A DNA stretch of 64,000 bases, from contig CAMBUD010000001.1 in assembly GCA_945871035.1 (NCBI GenBank), positions 17,609-81,608 of the forward strand. The letters run 5' to 3'. Below the pieces are notes generated by a model, which ran no database searches, was not told where the DNA came from, and worked only from the letters and a program-made list of their open reading frames with translations. The DNA comes from Planctomicrobium piriforme (GTDB lineage: Bacteria > Planctomycetota > Planctomycetia > Pirellulales > UBA1268). Made by a program: the position numbers and the translations under genes. Below, in pieces: positions 17,773 to 26,423 of this stretch; the first letter of the stretch is position 1, and each line of letters starts with the position of its first letter.

Positions 17773-18924
17773 TTAGCAGGGCCTGCAAGTGGCTTCTAAA
17801 ACGTCATGAACCCATGCAGTTTCGACGTTTTCCACAAGTTCCGCTCGGCCCAGTCCGCTCGGCAACACGAATTGCAGTCGACCGGCACGGGTCTTTTTGT
17901 CCCGCGCCATGATGGCGAGCAAGTCATTGCTGGCAAACGCCTTGAGTGCTGCGGGGGCAAGAGCACGCCCATGGCTCGGCAGGTTGAATGCTGCGAGCAG
18001 ACGATCCTGTCGGGCCACGAGCACGGCGTCGACACGGCCCATTTTTTCTGCCAGCCGCAACGCGCACGCCATGCCGATGGCCACGGCCTCGCCGTGCAGC
18101 AGCACCCCGTAGCCAGCCGCTGTTTCCAACGCATGGGCAAATGTGTGACCGTAATTCAGGACGACCCGCAATCCGTATCGCTCCTGCTCGTCGCGCTGGA
18201 CAACGTGCGCTTTCAAGCTGACACAGCGATCGACCAGGTGCACTATCGCGGTGGCATCCCGGGCAAGAATAGGCTGAGTGTTGGCCTCCAGCCAGCTAAA
18301 AAAATCAGCGTCGAGGATCATGCCGTACTTGATGACCTCAGCCAGACCGCTATGAAACTCGCGATCAGGGAGAGTGTCGAGCGTACTGATGTCTGCGACA
18401 ACGCCACGCGGCTGCCAAAACGCCCCGACTAAATTTTTTCCAGCCGCAAGATTGACGCCAGTTTTTCCACCGATGGCACTGTCGACTTGGGCAACCAGCG
18501 TGGTCGGCACGTGCCAGACCGGCAAGCCCCGGGCAAATGTTGCCGCCACAAAGGCCGCCAAATCCCCGATCACTCCACCGCCCACGGCAACGATCTGCGT
18601 CTGGCGATCGACGGCCAAGCGAGCCAGTTCATTCCACAGTCGCGTGGCCTCTGTCACTGATTTGGAGGCTTCACCCGCCACGACCGGCAGCACCGTCACG
18701 CCGATGCCAGCGGCCTGCAGCGAAGCTTCCACGCGGGCGGCGTGGGAGGTGAGCACCGCAGAGTCGGCCACGATAATGGCGCGGCGATCTCCGCAGGCCT
18801 CGTTGCTGGGTGGATGCAGCAGAGCGCCGATCGAGGCCAGCACTCCCGAGCCGATGACAACGCTGTAGGAGCGATCGGCGTCGTCGGAGAGATGGATCCC
18901 AATGGTGCGAGTGAAGGCAGACAC
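17773..18924 (-). CDS. aroB: 3-dehydroquinate synthase
   Basis: 'GGGVIGDLAAFVAATFARGLPVWHVPTTLVAQVDSAIGGKTGVNL', 'NYGHTFAHALE'. The ORF runs to 19011. The GTG at 18924 gives a typical length, but the start is uncertain. Confidence 0.88.
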   Translation of the reverse strand: MSAFTRTIGIHLSDDADRSYSVVIGSGVLASIGALLHPPSNEACGDRRAIIVADSAVLTSHAARVEASLQAAGIGVTVLPVVAGEASKSVTEATRLWNELARLAVDRQTQIVAVGGGVIGDLAAFVAATFARGLPVWHVPTTLVAQVDSAIGGKTGVNLAAGKNLVGAFWQPRGVVADISTLDTLPDREFHSGLAEVIKYGMILDADFFSWLEANTQPILARDATAIVHLVDRCVSLKAHVVQRDEQERYGLRVVLNYGHTFAHALETAAGYGVLLHGEAVAIGMACALRLAEKMGRVDAVLVARQDRLLAAFNLPSHGRALAPAALKAFASNDLLAIMARDKKTRAGRLQFVLPSGLGRAELVENVETAWVHDVLEATCRPC

Positions 18925-18982
18925 GAGACGAGTCCAAGCAAGGGTGCAATACAAGAACGGAATAAAGGGAGGCGGCTGGCCG

Positions 18983-19210
18983 TCAGGAAACGCTGAGGCG
19001 ATCCACATCACCTGCTGTCACGGTGATGATTCTCGCGAAGCCAGTGTGCTGACGGAGGTAGTCGAGTTCGGCGGCCTCGCGTGGCGTGGCGTGGAGGAGG
19101 GCCTCGACTCGCATTTTGTCAGCCCGCGACCAGTCTTCGTAGTCTTCCGGCCAGAGGGTGTGATTTTCAACGACAAGCGCTTCGCGGTAGGAATCGAATA
19201 CGTTGGGCAT
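18983..19210 (-). CDS. small hypothetical protein (75 aa)
   Basis: The ATG at 19210 is preceded by AGGAG with an 8-nt spacing. The gene is co-directional with aroB and lies immediately upstream of it. I recognise no family. Confidence 0.4.
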   Translation of the reverse strand: MPNVFDSYREALVVENHTLWPEDYEDWSRADKMRVEALLHATPREAAELDYLRQHTGFARIITVTAGDVDRLSVS

Positions 19211-19370
19211 TCGCAGGGCTCCTGCAAGCATGTGGAGAATTCTCGCTACCACGATCAACAAGAGCCGATCAGTGATGCTGCGAGGAACAAAAAAATGGGT
19301 AGTCAGAAAAATTCAAAACGGGTCTGACAAGAGTATACATTGCCCTACGGACCGCCGCTGTGTGAGGCCG

Positions 19371-19997
19371 ATGGCATTCGAGGCGGCGAACGACGGCGGC
19401 AGGGCACTGGAGAATCGAGATATGCAACAGGAACATTCACCGGCTTTCGTGCCGCCGCAAAACCGCGGCACGTGGCTGGTCGTCGGCCTCATTTTTCTGG
19501 GCCTCTTCGCGGCCGTCACGGGCATTTGGTTTCAGTGGGGACAAACGCGGCGGTGCTTGTCGTTTTACGGGCCGGCCACTGCGAGACAGATTTCCTCGGC
19601 CCCGCGAGTGGAACTGTGGTTGCTCAAGCCGGGCAGCGGTGTCGGCCGCTTAGTGGCCGCAGAGCGACGGGACATCTCGGCTGCGAGTGGGTTGGTGCAT
19701 CTGCGCCGTGGACTCGTGGAAGACGATAACTTTAGCTGGCCTGATCGCCTTTCAAACGGGAGCGAAAGCGTTGCCCCCCATCAGCCGCTGCCGGCCGAGG
19801 CGTGGAATGTGGCACTCGTATTTTTTACAACGGAAAAACAGGGGGCCGAATCTGTGGAACCGACAATTCTGGCGATTGACTTCGACGAGCGGGGATCGCT
19901 GACGGTCGTCGGGCGGCCGGGCCGGATTGGACTGGGACGGATTGGACGCGGCTTAGAAAAGTGGATTGGGGTAACCAAGGCAGGAGTGGGACTGTAA
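19371..19997 (+). CDS. hypothetical single-pass membrane protein
   Basis: One hydrophobic helix 'WLVVGLIFLGLFAAVTGIWF'. Alternative starts lie at 19203 (ORF start) and 19422. Confidence 0.45.
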   Translation: MAFEAANDGGRALENRDMQQEHSPAFVPPQNRGTWLVVGLIFLGLFAAVTGIWFQWGQTRRCLSFYGPATARQISSAPRVELWLLKPGSGVGRLVAAERRDISAASGLVHLRRGLVEDDNFSWPDRLSNGSESVAPHQPLPAEAWNVALVFFTTEKQGAESVEPTILAIDFDERGSLTVVGRPGRIGLGRIGRGLEKWIGVTKAGVGL

Positions 19998-20105
19998 AAA
20001 CGATCGTTTTCCCTAGAAAATCGGGCTTTTGAGTGTGAGCTGCGCAGCCTATTCTTCTGGTTGTTTCCTCTGACTCCTGTTCCTAGTGCACCGAGGCTTA
20101 CTTCC

Positions 20106-20969
20106 ATGCCGTCTGGCTCCATGCGATCCATTGCCGTCGCTAATCAGAAGGGTGGGGTCGGTAAGACGACCACATCGGTCAACCTAGCGGTGGCGCTGGC
20201 GCGGTCCGGAAGGAAGGTGTGCTTGGTCGATCTGGATCCGCAGGCCCATGCCACGCTGCACGCCGGCGCGATGCTGGGAGCCCAAGCAATCTCGGCCTAT
20301 GACGTGCTCGTGGCGGATCAGCCATTGGCTGCGGCCTACATACAGGTCAGCGAAAATCTGTGCGTAGTGCCATCGCACATCGATTTATCGGCTGTGGAAG
20401 TGGCGCTCACCGCAAAAAAAGGTCGTGAGTCGATTTTCAAACGGCGAATGGAGGCCGATCCACGGTGTTGCGGCACTGTTAGCGACGGCTCCGCCTTCGA
20501 CTATATGGTTATCGACTGTCCGCCTTCGCTGGGGCTTTTGTCGCTTAACGCGATGGCTGCGGTGGACGAGGTGCTGTTGCCACTGCAGCCACATTTTCTG
20601 GCTCTGCACGGCCTCAGCAAGCTTTTAGAAACTATTGAAATGGTTGCCGAGCATGTGAATCCACGACTCCGTTTGCTGGGAGTCGCGCTGTGCATGTACG
20701 AGAGTGGCACTCGGTTAGCCGGCGAAGTGGGGCGCGATGTGCAAGACTTTTTCTCCTCGGGTGCGGTTCAGCATCCGGCTTGGGGCAATGCAAAAGTGTT
20801 TGCCACCAAGATTCGCCGCAACATTCGCTTGGCTGAAGCACCAAGCTTTGGCCAATCCATTTTCGACTACGCACCTGATTCCAACGGTGCAGAAGATTAT
20901 GCGGCCCTCGCGCTTGAAGTCGATCAGGCTGCTGCCGTAGTGCGTGAAGCGGTGCGGCGCACGGCATGA
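20106..20969 (+). CDS. ParA/Soj-family P-loop ATPase (orphan; no adjacent parB)
   Basis: Deviant Walker A 'NQKGGVGKTTTSVNLA', 'VCLVDLDPQ', 'YMVIDCPPSLG'. An alternative ATG start lies at 20121. Confidence 0.88.
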   Translation: MPSGSMRSIAVANQKGGVGKTTTSVNLAVALARSGRKVCLVDLDPQAHATLHAGAMLGAQAISAYDVLVADQPLAAAYIQVSENLCVVPSHIDLSAVEVALTAKKGRESIFKRRMEADPRCCGTVSDGSAFDYMVIDCPPSLGLLSLNAMAAVDEVLLPLQPHFLALHGLSKLLETIEMVAEHVNPRLRLLGVALCMYESGTRLAGEVGRDVQDFFSSGAVQHPAWGNAKVFATKIRRNIRLAEAPSFGQSIFDYAPDSNGAEDYAALALEVDQAAAVVREAVRRTA

Positions 20970-21247
20970 GGGGGATTCTGCAGCATGGCCTCGAGAATGC
21001 CTGCGGAGATGCCATGCAGCGGAGAAAAAGATTCCGCCCTCACAACCGTAGAGCTATACATTTCCGGGATCCACCAGTAATTTGATTCGCAAGGATCCAC
21101 ACCGGCGAGGATACCCGTGCAGTCAAAATCTTCCGCGGAGACAAAGAGTTGATTGCCTTGGGATTCAAAACCCGCCAGCCTGCCCGGCATGCTCATGGCA
21201 TCCGGTGCATAGTCTCGCGGCGGTTGAAGGCGGTTCTTTTGCAGCAT
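20924..21247 (-). CDS. hypothetical protein (107 aa)
   Basis: This is the only ORF covering the otherwise empty 20970-21247 interval, and its codon pattern looks like that of neighbouring genes. It has no upstream SD sequence, and its 3' end overlaps the parA-like gene by 46 nt. Confidence 0.3.
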   Translation of the reverse strand: MLQKNRLQPPRDYAPDAMSMPGRLAGFESQGNQLFVSAEDFDCTGILAGVDPCESNYWWIPEMYSSTVVRAESFSPLHGISAGILEAMLQNPPHAVRRTASRTTAAA

Positions 21248-21495
21248 GACGGTGACGGTGGGGGTTTAAAAAACCGATAAAGCAACCAACTCAGTGCGTC
21301 CTATAGGGGCAGGAGTGTCTTTCGTCAGACGAAATGAGCGAAGACCAATATTCCTGTCCAACAACGACAATGACGAAATAATGCTTCAGGTAGTTTAGGT
21401 AATCAAGTGGGGCTGGGCAATTTATTTTAGCTCTGCTTTTTCCCGTAAAAAACGTTTTTTTTGTATCATTTCGGCAGGAGAGGACATTTGCACCC

Positions 21496-23346
21496 ATGTT
21501 TTGGCTAGAGCGCATTCGGTTTACGTGTGCCGCCTGCTCGGGGGTGGCAACAGTCTCGTTGCTGTGGGCCGCAGTGGCTCAACGCTCCTTGAGCGTTCGC
21601 CGACCCCCTGCGTCTACCCGCTCTGGTTTGCCACAACGACGCTACACATCGGCCGAATGCGCTCTCGTTCTTTGCAAAGGCTGGGCACCCTTTTGGGTCT
21701 CTGCTTGTCGGCAGTGTGTGTTGGGAATGATTGTGCCGACTGTGCTGACGGCTGCTGGGGTGATGGGCATGTCCGCCTGCCACGACCGGGCTGTTGCGGC
21801 TGACAAGGGGTTTCGCAAACTTGCCGCCGGAGTGCTGACGGTGATTCCGCCTGATACCTCAGCCGATGACACGGAGCAGCACGGCGACCTCCTCGAGATC
21901 ACGCGTGGTCGTGCCGACAGCAAGTGGAAACCCAACGAGGCTCCTTCCAACACAACGTTGATTGAACGCGCTAAAAATCTCGAATTCCAACGAGATATTT
22001 GGTACCTCGAATTTGCCTTCAAGCCGCCGCGTACGATCGATGTTGATGTGCCAACGTTGAATCAACGCATGCAGCGAAAACGGCTTTGGTATTTGGTTTA
22101 TCGCGTGAAGAATACTGGGGGGCGACGCACGGTAGTCGATAAAATAGATCCCTCCAAACGCACGACCAAGAAGTTAGAAGGCCCTGTGCTCTTCCTGCCG
22201 CACTTTGTGCTGGAAGGTTTGGAGGCGCTCAGCGATGCCGAAGGCACAACATCTTATCGCGGCTATCTCGATCGCGTGGTACCCAGTGCAATGGCACCGA
22301 TCCGGATGCGCGAAGATCAGGCCCGTGAATTATTTGATAGCGCCCAGATGGCCAGCCAGCCGATTGCCCCTGGCGAGGAACGCTGGGGAGTGGCCGTTTG
22401 GGAGGACGTTGACTCGCGCATCGACTTCTTTTCGATCTTTGTGCGAGGCCTGACTAATTCAATTCGCTGGCGTGAAAAAGCAAGAGCAACGTTTGCTAAA
22501 AATGAGCCGATGGGGGCCAGTATGGAGCAGACGCTTGAATGCCTGCGACTCGACTTTTGGCGGCCGGGCGACGATGGCCGCAACCGCGACCAGGAAATGA
22601 GCGTGGGCTATGCAGGCTTCTTTGAACGCATGACGCTCGGCACGCGACTCATAGAGGCAGTGGGCAGGCCGCCGCTGATACAATCGAGTCCCGTTGAAGG
22701 GCTTGGTCAACTGGGGCTGGAGTGGAGTGATCTGCTGGAGGGGCCCGGTTCCAATCTCGCACCGCTCGAAAAAGTCGTTCGAAAATTACTGGCCATGAAA
22801 GACCCCGCCGGACGTGGTCCGGCTGTCCGCAACCTGTTTGGCGACATTGGCGTCGAGCACTTTGCGGAACTCTCGCGGGCTCTAACGGCGACGGTGGTGG
22901 CTGAGCGCGAGGCGGCCCGCGCAGCGGCTTTGACAAAGGTCGGTCTCTCGCGTGAAGTGGTGGAATCAGCGCCGTTGAAGTCGCTTGCCGAAGTGCTCAA
23001 GGCACTCGATGCAATTCAGCGGCCCTCTGATCGGAGTCGTTTGGCAGAGCAACTATTTGGCCCGGCACAGCGGCACATCCTTGCGTTGGCCAGAGACCTT
23101 GAGATGGCCCGGACGCTGGCGGTGCTTGAGACGATTGATGCTGACTGGAAGGCGATCACCAGCGGCACAGCCCGATCCGCTTTTACCTCGCTGCAAACGC
23201 TGATCGATGCAGAGCCCGATGCCAAAACGCGCAAGCGCATGTTAGAGGGAATGTTTGGCACAAAAGGTCCGGCTCTGTACGCGGCAGCCACGCTCGAGCA
23301 CGAGGGCATTGACCATTCCTGGGTTTTTCGCTACGAAACTGATTGA
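21496..23346 (+). CDS. large hypothetical protein (616 aa), possibly secreted or a lipoprotein
   Basis: Long ORF with AGGAGAGGA 11 nt upstream of the ATG at 21496. An internal 'MIVPTVLTAAGVMGMSAC' (ATG at 21727) looks like a lipoprotein signal. I recognise no catalytic motif. Confidence 0.6.
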   Translation: MFWLERIRFTCAACSGVATVSLLWAAVAQRSLSVRRPPASTRSGLPQRRYTSAECALVLCKGWAPFWVSACRQCVLGMIVPTVLTAAGVMGMSACHDRAVAADKGFRKLAAGVLTVIPPDTSADDTEQHGDLLEITRGRADSKWKPNEAPSNTTLIERAKNLEFQRDIWYLEFAFKPPRTIDVDVPTLNQRMQRKRLWYLVYRVKNTGGRRTVVDKIDPSKRTTKKLEGPVLFLPHFVLEGLEALSDAEGTTSYRGYLDRVVPSAMAPIRMREDQARELFDSAQMASQPIAPGEERWGVAVWEDVDSRIDFFSIFVRGLTNSIRWREKARATFAKNEPMGASMEQTLECLRLDFWRPGDDGRNRDQEMSVGYAGFFERMTLGTRLIEAVGRPPLIQSSPVEGLGQLGLEWSDLLEGPGSNLAPLEKVVRKLLAMKDPAGRGPAVRNLFGDIGVEHFAELSRALTATVVAEREAARAAALTKVGLSREVVESAPLKSLAEVLKALDAIQRPSDRSRLAEQLFGPAQRHILALARDLEMARTLAVLETIDADWKAITSGTARSAFTSLQTLIDAEPDAKTRKRMLEGMFGTKGPALYAAATLEHEGIDHSWVFRYETD

Positions 23347-23352
23347 TAAGAA

Positions 23353-23402
23353 CGTTCGTTCGTCGCCCCGAAGCCCCGAACTGGCCTCCTGCTGGCCTCC
23401 TT
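23353..23402. repeat. three consecutive micro-tandem duplications
   Basis: cgtt-cgtt-cgtc (23353-23364), gccccgaa x2 (23365-23380), and ctggcctcct(g/t) x2 (23381-23402). The series starts 7 nt after the stop of the 616-aa ORF. Confidence 0.9.
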
Positions 23403-23480
23403 ATTAGGCAACTGATTATGCGACCGGCAAAGCACCACACCAAACTACAGATCAGCTAAAATTCTTAAGGGAAGATTGCT

Positions 23481-23729
23481 ATGGCACATAAAAAAGGTCA
23501 GGGATCCAGCCGCAACGGTCGGGACTCCAATGCGCAGCGACGCGGCGTCAAAAAGTTTGGTGGCGAAGAAGTCCGGGCGGGCAACATTCTTGTCCGTCAA
23601 GTTGGCACCAAGTTTCATCCGGGCAAAAATGTCGGGATGGGCACCGACTACACGTTATTTGCACTCATTGACGGGGTGGTGACGTTCGACCGCGAGGGGC
23701 GTCGCATCAATGTGTTTACCGGGGTCTAA
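23481..23729 (+). CDS. rpmA: 50S ribosomal protein L27
   Basis: '[29 protein letters not shown]...[22 protein letters not shown]'. Confidence 0.97.
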   Translation: MAHKKGQGSSRNGRDSNAQRRGVKKFGGEEVRAGNILVRQVGTKFHPGKNVGMGTDYTLFALIDGVVTFDREGRRINVFTGV

Positions 23730-23836
23730 GGACCTTGGCCCAAGCATGCCCGGCCATCTGCGGAAGATTTTTCGCCGCCATACACTCGAGACCCCAGCGT
23801 TGGTAGGTTGTTTCTGCTGGGATTCATTGTCCGACT

Positions 23837-23876
23837 GAAATTGTCTGCGCAATTTTGAAACTGTCTCCACAATTTT
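23837..23876. repeat. 20-bp tandem duplication upstream of obg
   Basis: gaaattgtctgcgcaatttt / gaaactgtctccacaatttt, 17 of 20 positions identical. The first unit contains the inverted repeat AAATTG-n6-CAATTT. Confidence 0.85.
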
Positions 23877-23915
23877 CGGCGACAGATTCCCCCTATGAAA
23901 CGGTGAGGCACGAGC

Positions 23916-24944
23916 GTGTTCGTTGATCGAGTGCATATCGAAGTCGCTGCCGGCAATGGGGGGCGTGGGAGTTCCAGCTTCCGTCGTGAAAAATACATAC
24001 CACGTGGCGGGCCTGACGGCGGCGACGGCGGCGACGGCGGCAGCGTCATTCTCCGCGCGCAGGCCGGTGTGGATTCACTGGCAGCGCTGGCGCACCGACG
24101 GCAGTGGCGAGCCGAGCATGGGCAATCGGGCGGCCCCTGTAATTGTCATGGACGATCGGCTGCAGACATCGTGCTGCTTGTGCCACCGGGTACGATTGTC
24201 ATCGACGAGTCGACCGGGCTTGCGCTCAAGGATCTTGCTGTTGCTAGCGAGTCTATTATTGCCGTGAAGGGGGGGGCAGGCGGGAAGGGCAACGTTCACT
24301 TTAAAACATCGACCAACCGCGCCCCGCGCGAGACCACTCTCGGTGAAAAGGGCGAGGTCCGGCGACTCATTTTGGAGCTTAAAGTGATCGCCGATGTTGG
24401 GCTCGTAGGCAAGCCGAATGCTGGGAAAAGCACGCTGCTATCGCGACTGTCGCGGGCCCGTCCGGAGATCGCCGACTATGCCTTTACCACCAAGACACCG
24501 ATGCTCGGAATCGTGTCGGTGTCGCGGGACAGGAGTTTCGTGCTCGCCGATTTACCGGGCCTTATCGAAGGGGCCCACGCGGGCATCGGCTTGGGCCACG
24601 AATTTTTACGCCACGTGGAGCGAGCGGGAATCATTGTGCACGTGGTCGAACCACTCCCGGTGGACGGCACCGATCCGCTCGCAAACTATCGCTCCATTCG
24701 CGATGAACTGGTGCTGTACAATGAACAGTTAGGAAAGCGACCGGAAATCCTGGTTGTCAGTAAGTGTGAACTGCCTGGCGCGGAGGAATTACTGGCAACG
24801 CTTGCCCTCGAGGTCGGTCGAGAAGTGATTGCGGTCAGTGCCGTGACTGGCCAAGGACTCGACAAGCTACTCAGGGCAGTGCTCGTAGAGATGGACCGCC
24901 AAAAGGACCAGCCGAAAAAACCGGTTGCATACAGCTTGGAATGA
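23916..24944 (+). CDS. obg: GTPase Obg/CgtA
   Basis: GTG start. 'FVDRVHIEVAAGNGGRGSSSFRREKYIPRGGPDGGDGGDGGSV', 'GKPNAGKSTLLS', 'DLPGLIEGAH'. Confidence 0.96.
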   Translation: MFVDRVHIEVAAGNGGRGSSSFRREKYIPRGGPDGGDGGDGGSVILRAQAGVDSLAALAHRRQWRAEHGQSGGPCNCHGRSAADIVLLVPPGTIVIDESTGLALKDLAVASESIIAVKGGAGGKGNVHFKTSTNRAPRETTLGEKGEVRRLILELKVIADVGLVGKPNAGKSTLLSRLSRARPEIADYAFTTKTPMLGIVSVSRDRSFVLADLPGLIEGAHAGIGLGHEFLRHVERAGIIVHVVEPLPVDGTDPLANYRSIRDELVLYNEQLGKRPEILVVSKCELPGAEELLATLALEVGREVIAVSAVTGQGLDKLLRAVLVEMDRQKDQPKKPVAYSLE

Positions 24945-24959
24945 GGCTGCAGGCAGAGC

Positions 24960-25826
24960 ATGGCGACGACAATCCCCCCCATTTGCCCAACGGATACGGT
25001 GCTGCTTGCTGATGTGGGCAACACACGCATTAAGCTCGCCTTGCTTGTAAATAGCAGTGTCGATGATCCGAGCGCCGCCGAAAAAAATGGCGGGTCGACT
25101 GCGCAGCGTCTGCCCAGTGTTTCCAAGCGGCACGATCTGACAAGCTGCGGATTTCGTCCTGCACATTTGGAAAACTGGCTCAATACGGTGGCTGGCGGTT
25201 CGGCCGTTGTGCTCGTCGCCAGCGTGCACGAGGCAGCTGCGGTGCGGCTTGAGGCGGCACTGGCGGAGGTGTCGGCTACGCGGCACCGTTCGCTGCGGCA
25301 GCGCCGCATTGGGTACGCCGATCTACCGCTGCGCATCCAGCTTGCCGAACCGCACAAGGTTGGGATCGATCGCTTGGCAGCCGCTGCAGCAGCGCACTTG
25401 CTGGCCGCCTCTGGATGCGGGGCAATCATCGTCGATTGCGGCACGGCGACGACGGTGGACATGGTATCGAATGAGGGTGAATTTTTAGGTGGAGCGATCC
25501 TGCCGGGGCCAACGCTTTGGGCACAGTCGCTGGCAGAGGGCACAAGCCGGTTGCCAGCGGTGGCAGCCCTCGAACGCGCGCTGCCGCCAGCCATGCCGGG
25601 CCGCTCAACGCAGGAAGCGATCGCGGCTGGAATTGGCTGGGGCATACGGGGAGCAATTGCCAAGCTTGTGGAGGAGGCCCGCCGATCGCTGGGCAAGGAT
25701 GCGGTTGTGATTCTCACCGGAGGCTGGTGCGGAGCCGTACGAGATGTGCTGCCTAACGCGATCGAGATTCCAGATCTTGTTCTGACCGGTATTGCACTGG
25801 CTGCCAGTCGAGCATGCGCCCGCTAA
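24960..25826 (+). CDS. coaX: type III pantothenate kinase
   Basis: 'LLADVGNTRIKLAL', 'IVDCGTATTVD', 'FLGGAILPG', 'TGG'. Confidence 0.88.
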   Translation: MATTIPPICPTDTVLLADVGNTRIKLALLVNSSVDDPSAAEKNGGSTAQRLPSVSKRHDLTSCGFRPAHLENWLNTVAGGSAVVLVASVHEAAAVRLEAALAEVSATRHRSLRQRRIGYADLPLRIQLAEPHKVGIDRLAAAAAAHLLAASGCGAIIVDCGTATTVDMVSNEGEFLGGAILPGPTLWAQSLAEGTSRLPAVAALERALPPAMPGRSTQEAIAAGIGWGIRGAIAKLVEEARRSLGKDAVVILTGGWCGAVRDVLPNAIEIPDLVLTGIALAASRACAR

Positions 25827-25994
25827 GCTACAGTCTGCTATCCCAGGCGGTTTGCCGATAACAGGCGAGAACAGGAGCCCCATTGGCAGGCCTGCGGCCG
25901 GTCTGCGTTGGCCTTTTGAGCAGAGCGACGTTCGGCGGTTAGACTGCTACAGATTGTCTAACCCACGCCGCATCCAACAGAACGAAAAAGCCCA

Positions 25995-26423
25995 GTGAGC
26001 ATTGTCGAAATATCCCCCAACACAAACTCATCCGACCAACCGAGCATGCGCGCATTGGGAAATGCTCGCGAACGGGCCATCGCCGCTGCCCAAGTGGCCC
26101 AAGAGACACGCGGCACCAATGTGCAGGTGCTCGATCTCAGCGCGTTGACGCAGGTCTTCGATTATTTTGTCATCGCCACCGGCACGAGTCGTCGGCAGTT
26201 GCACGCAATGGCTGACGAGATTTCGCAGGTTCTCAAGAAGGATCTGCAAGATGTGCGCCGCGGGATGGAAGGCTACGACGAGGGCCGCTGGATTGTGATC
26301 GATTTTGGTGACGTGGTCGTTCATCTCTTCGATAGCGATGCGCGAGAATACTGGGATCTCGAACAACTCTGGAGCGATGCGCGGCGGATTGCCCTGCCTG
26401 CGGACGGGGTGGCTGTGCGATGA
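25995..26423 (+). CDS. rsfS: ribosomal silencing factor RsfS (iojap family)
   Basis: 'VLDLSALTQVFDYFVIATGTSRRQLHAMADEI', 'WIVIDFGDVVVHLFDSDAREYWDLEQLW'. GTG start; the N-terminus is uncertain. Confidence 0.9.
   Translation: MSIVEISPNTNSSDQPSMRALGNARERAIAAAQVAQETRGTNVQVLDLSALTQVFDYFVIATGTSRRQLHAMADEISQVLKKDLQDVRRGMEGYDEGRWIVIDFGDVVVHLFDSDAREYWDLEQLWSDARRIALPADGVAVR

Noticed and set aside
19997-20010. The perfect palindrome AAAACGATCGTTTT as a terminator.
   Set aside because: As an RNA hairpin it would have an all-A/U-flanked 5-bp stem with essentially no loop, which is too weak for an intrinsic terminator. I kept it only as a possible DNA-binding site in the ParA finding.
24021-24050. ggcggcgac tandem repeat inside obg.
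   Set aside because: It encodes the canonical Gly-rich 'GGDGGDGG' segment of the Obg fold domain. This is a conserved protein feature, not an anomaly.
24686-25717. 343-aa ORF on the minus strand.
   Set aside because: It lies entirely antisense to the well-supported obg 3' end and coaX. Its Ala/Arg/Ser/Pro-rich, low-complexity composition is typical of spurious antisense frames in GC-rich DNA.
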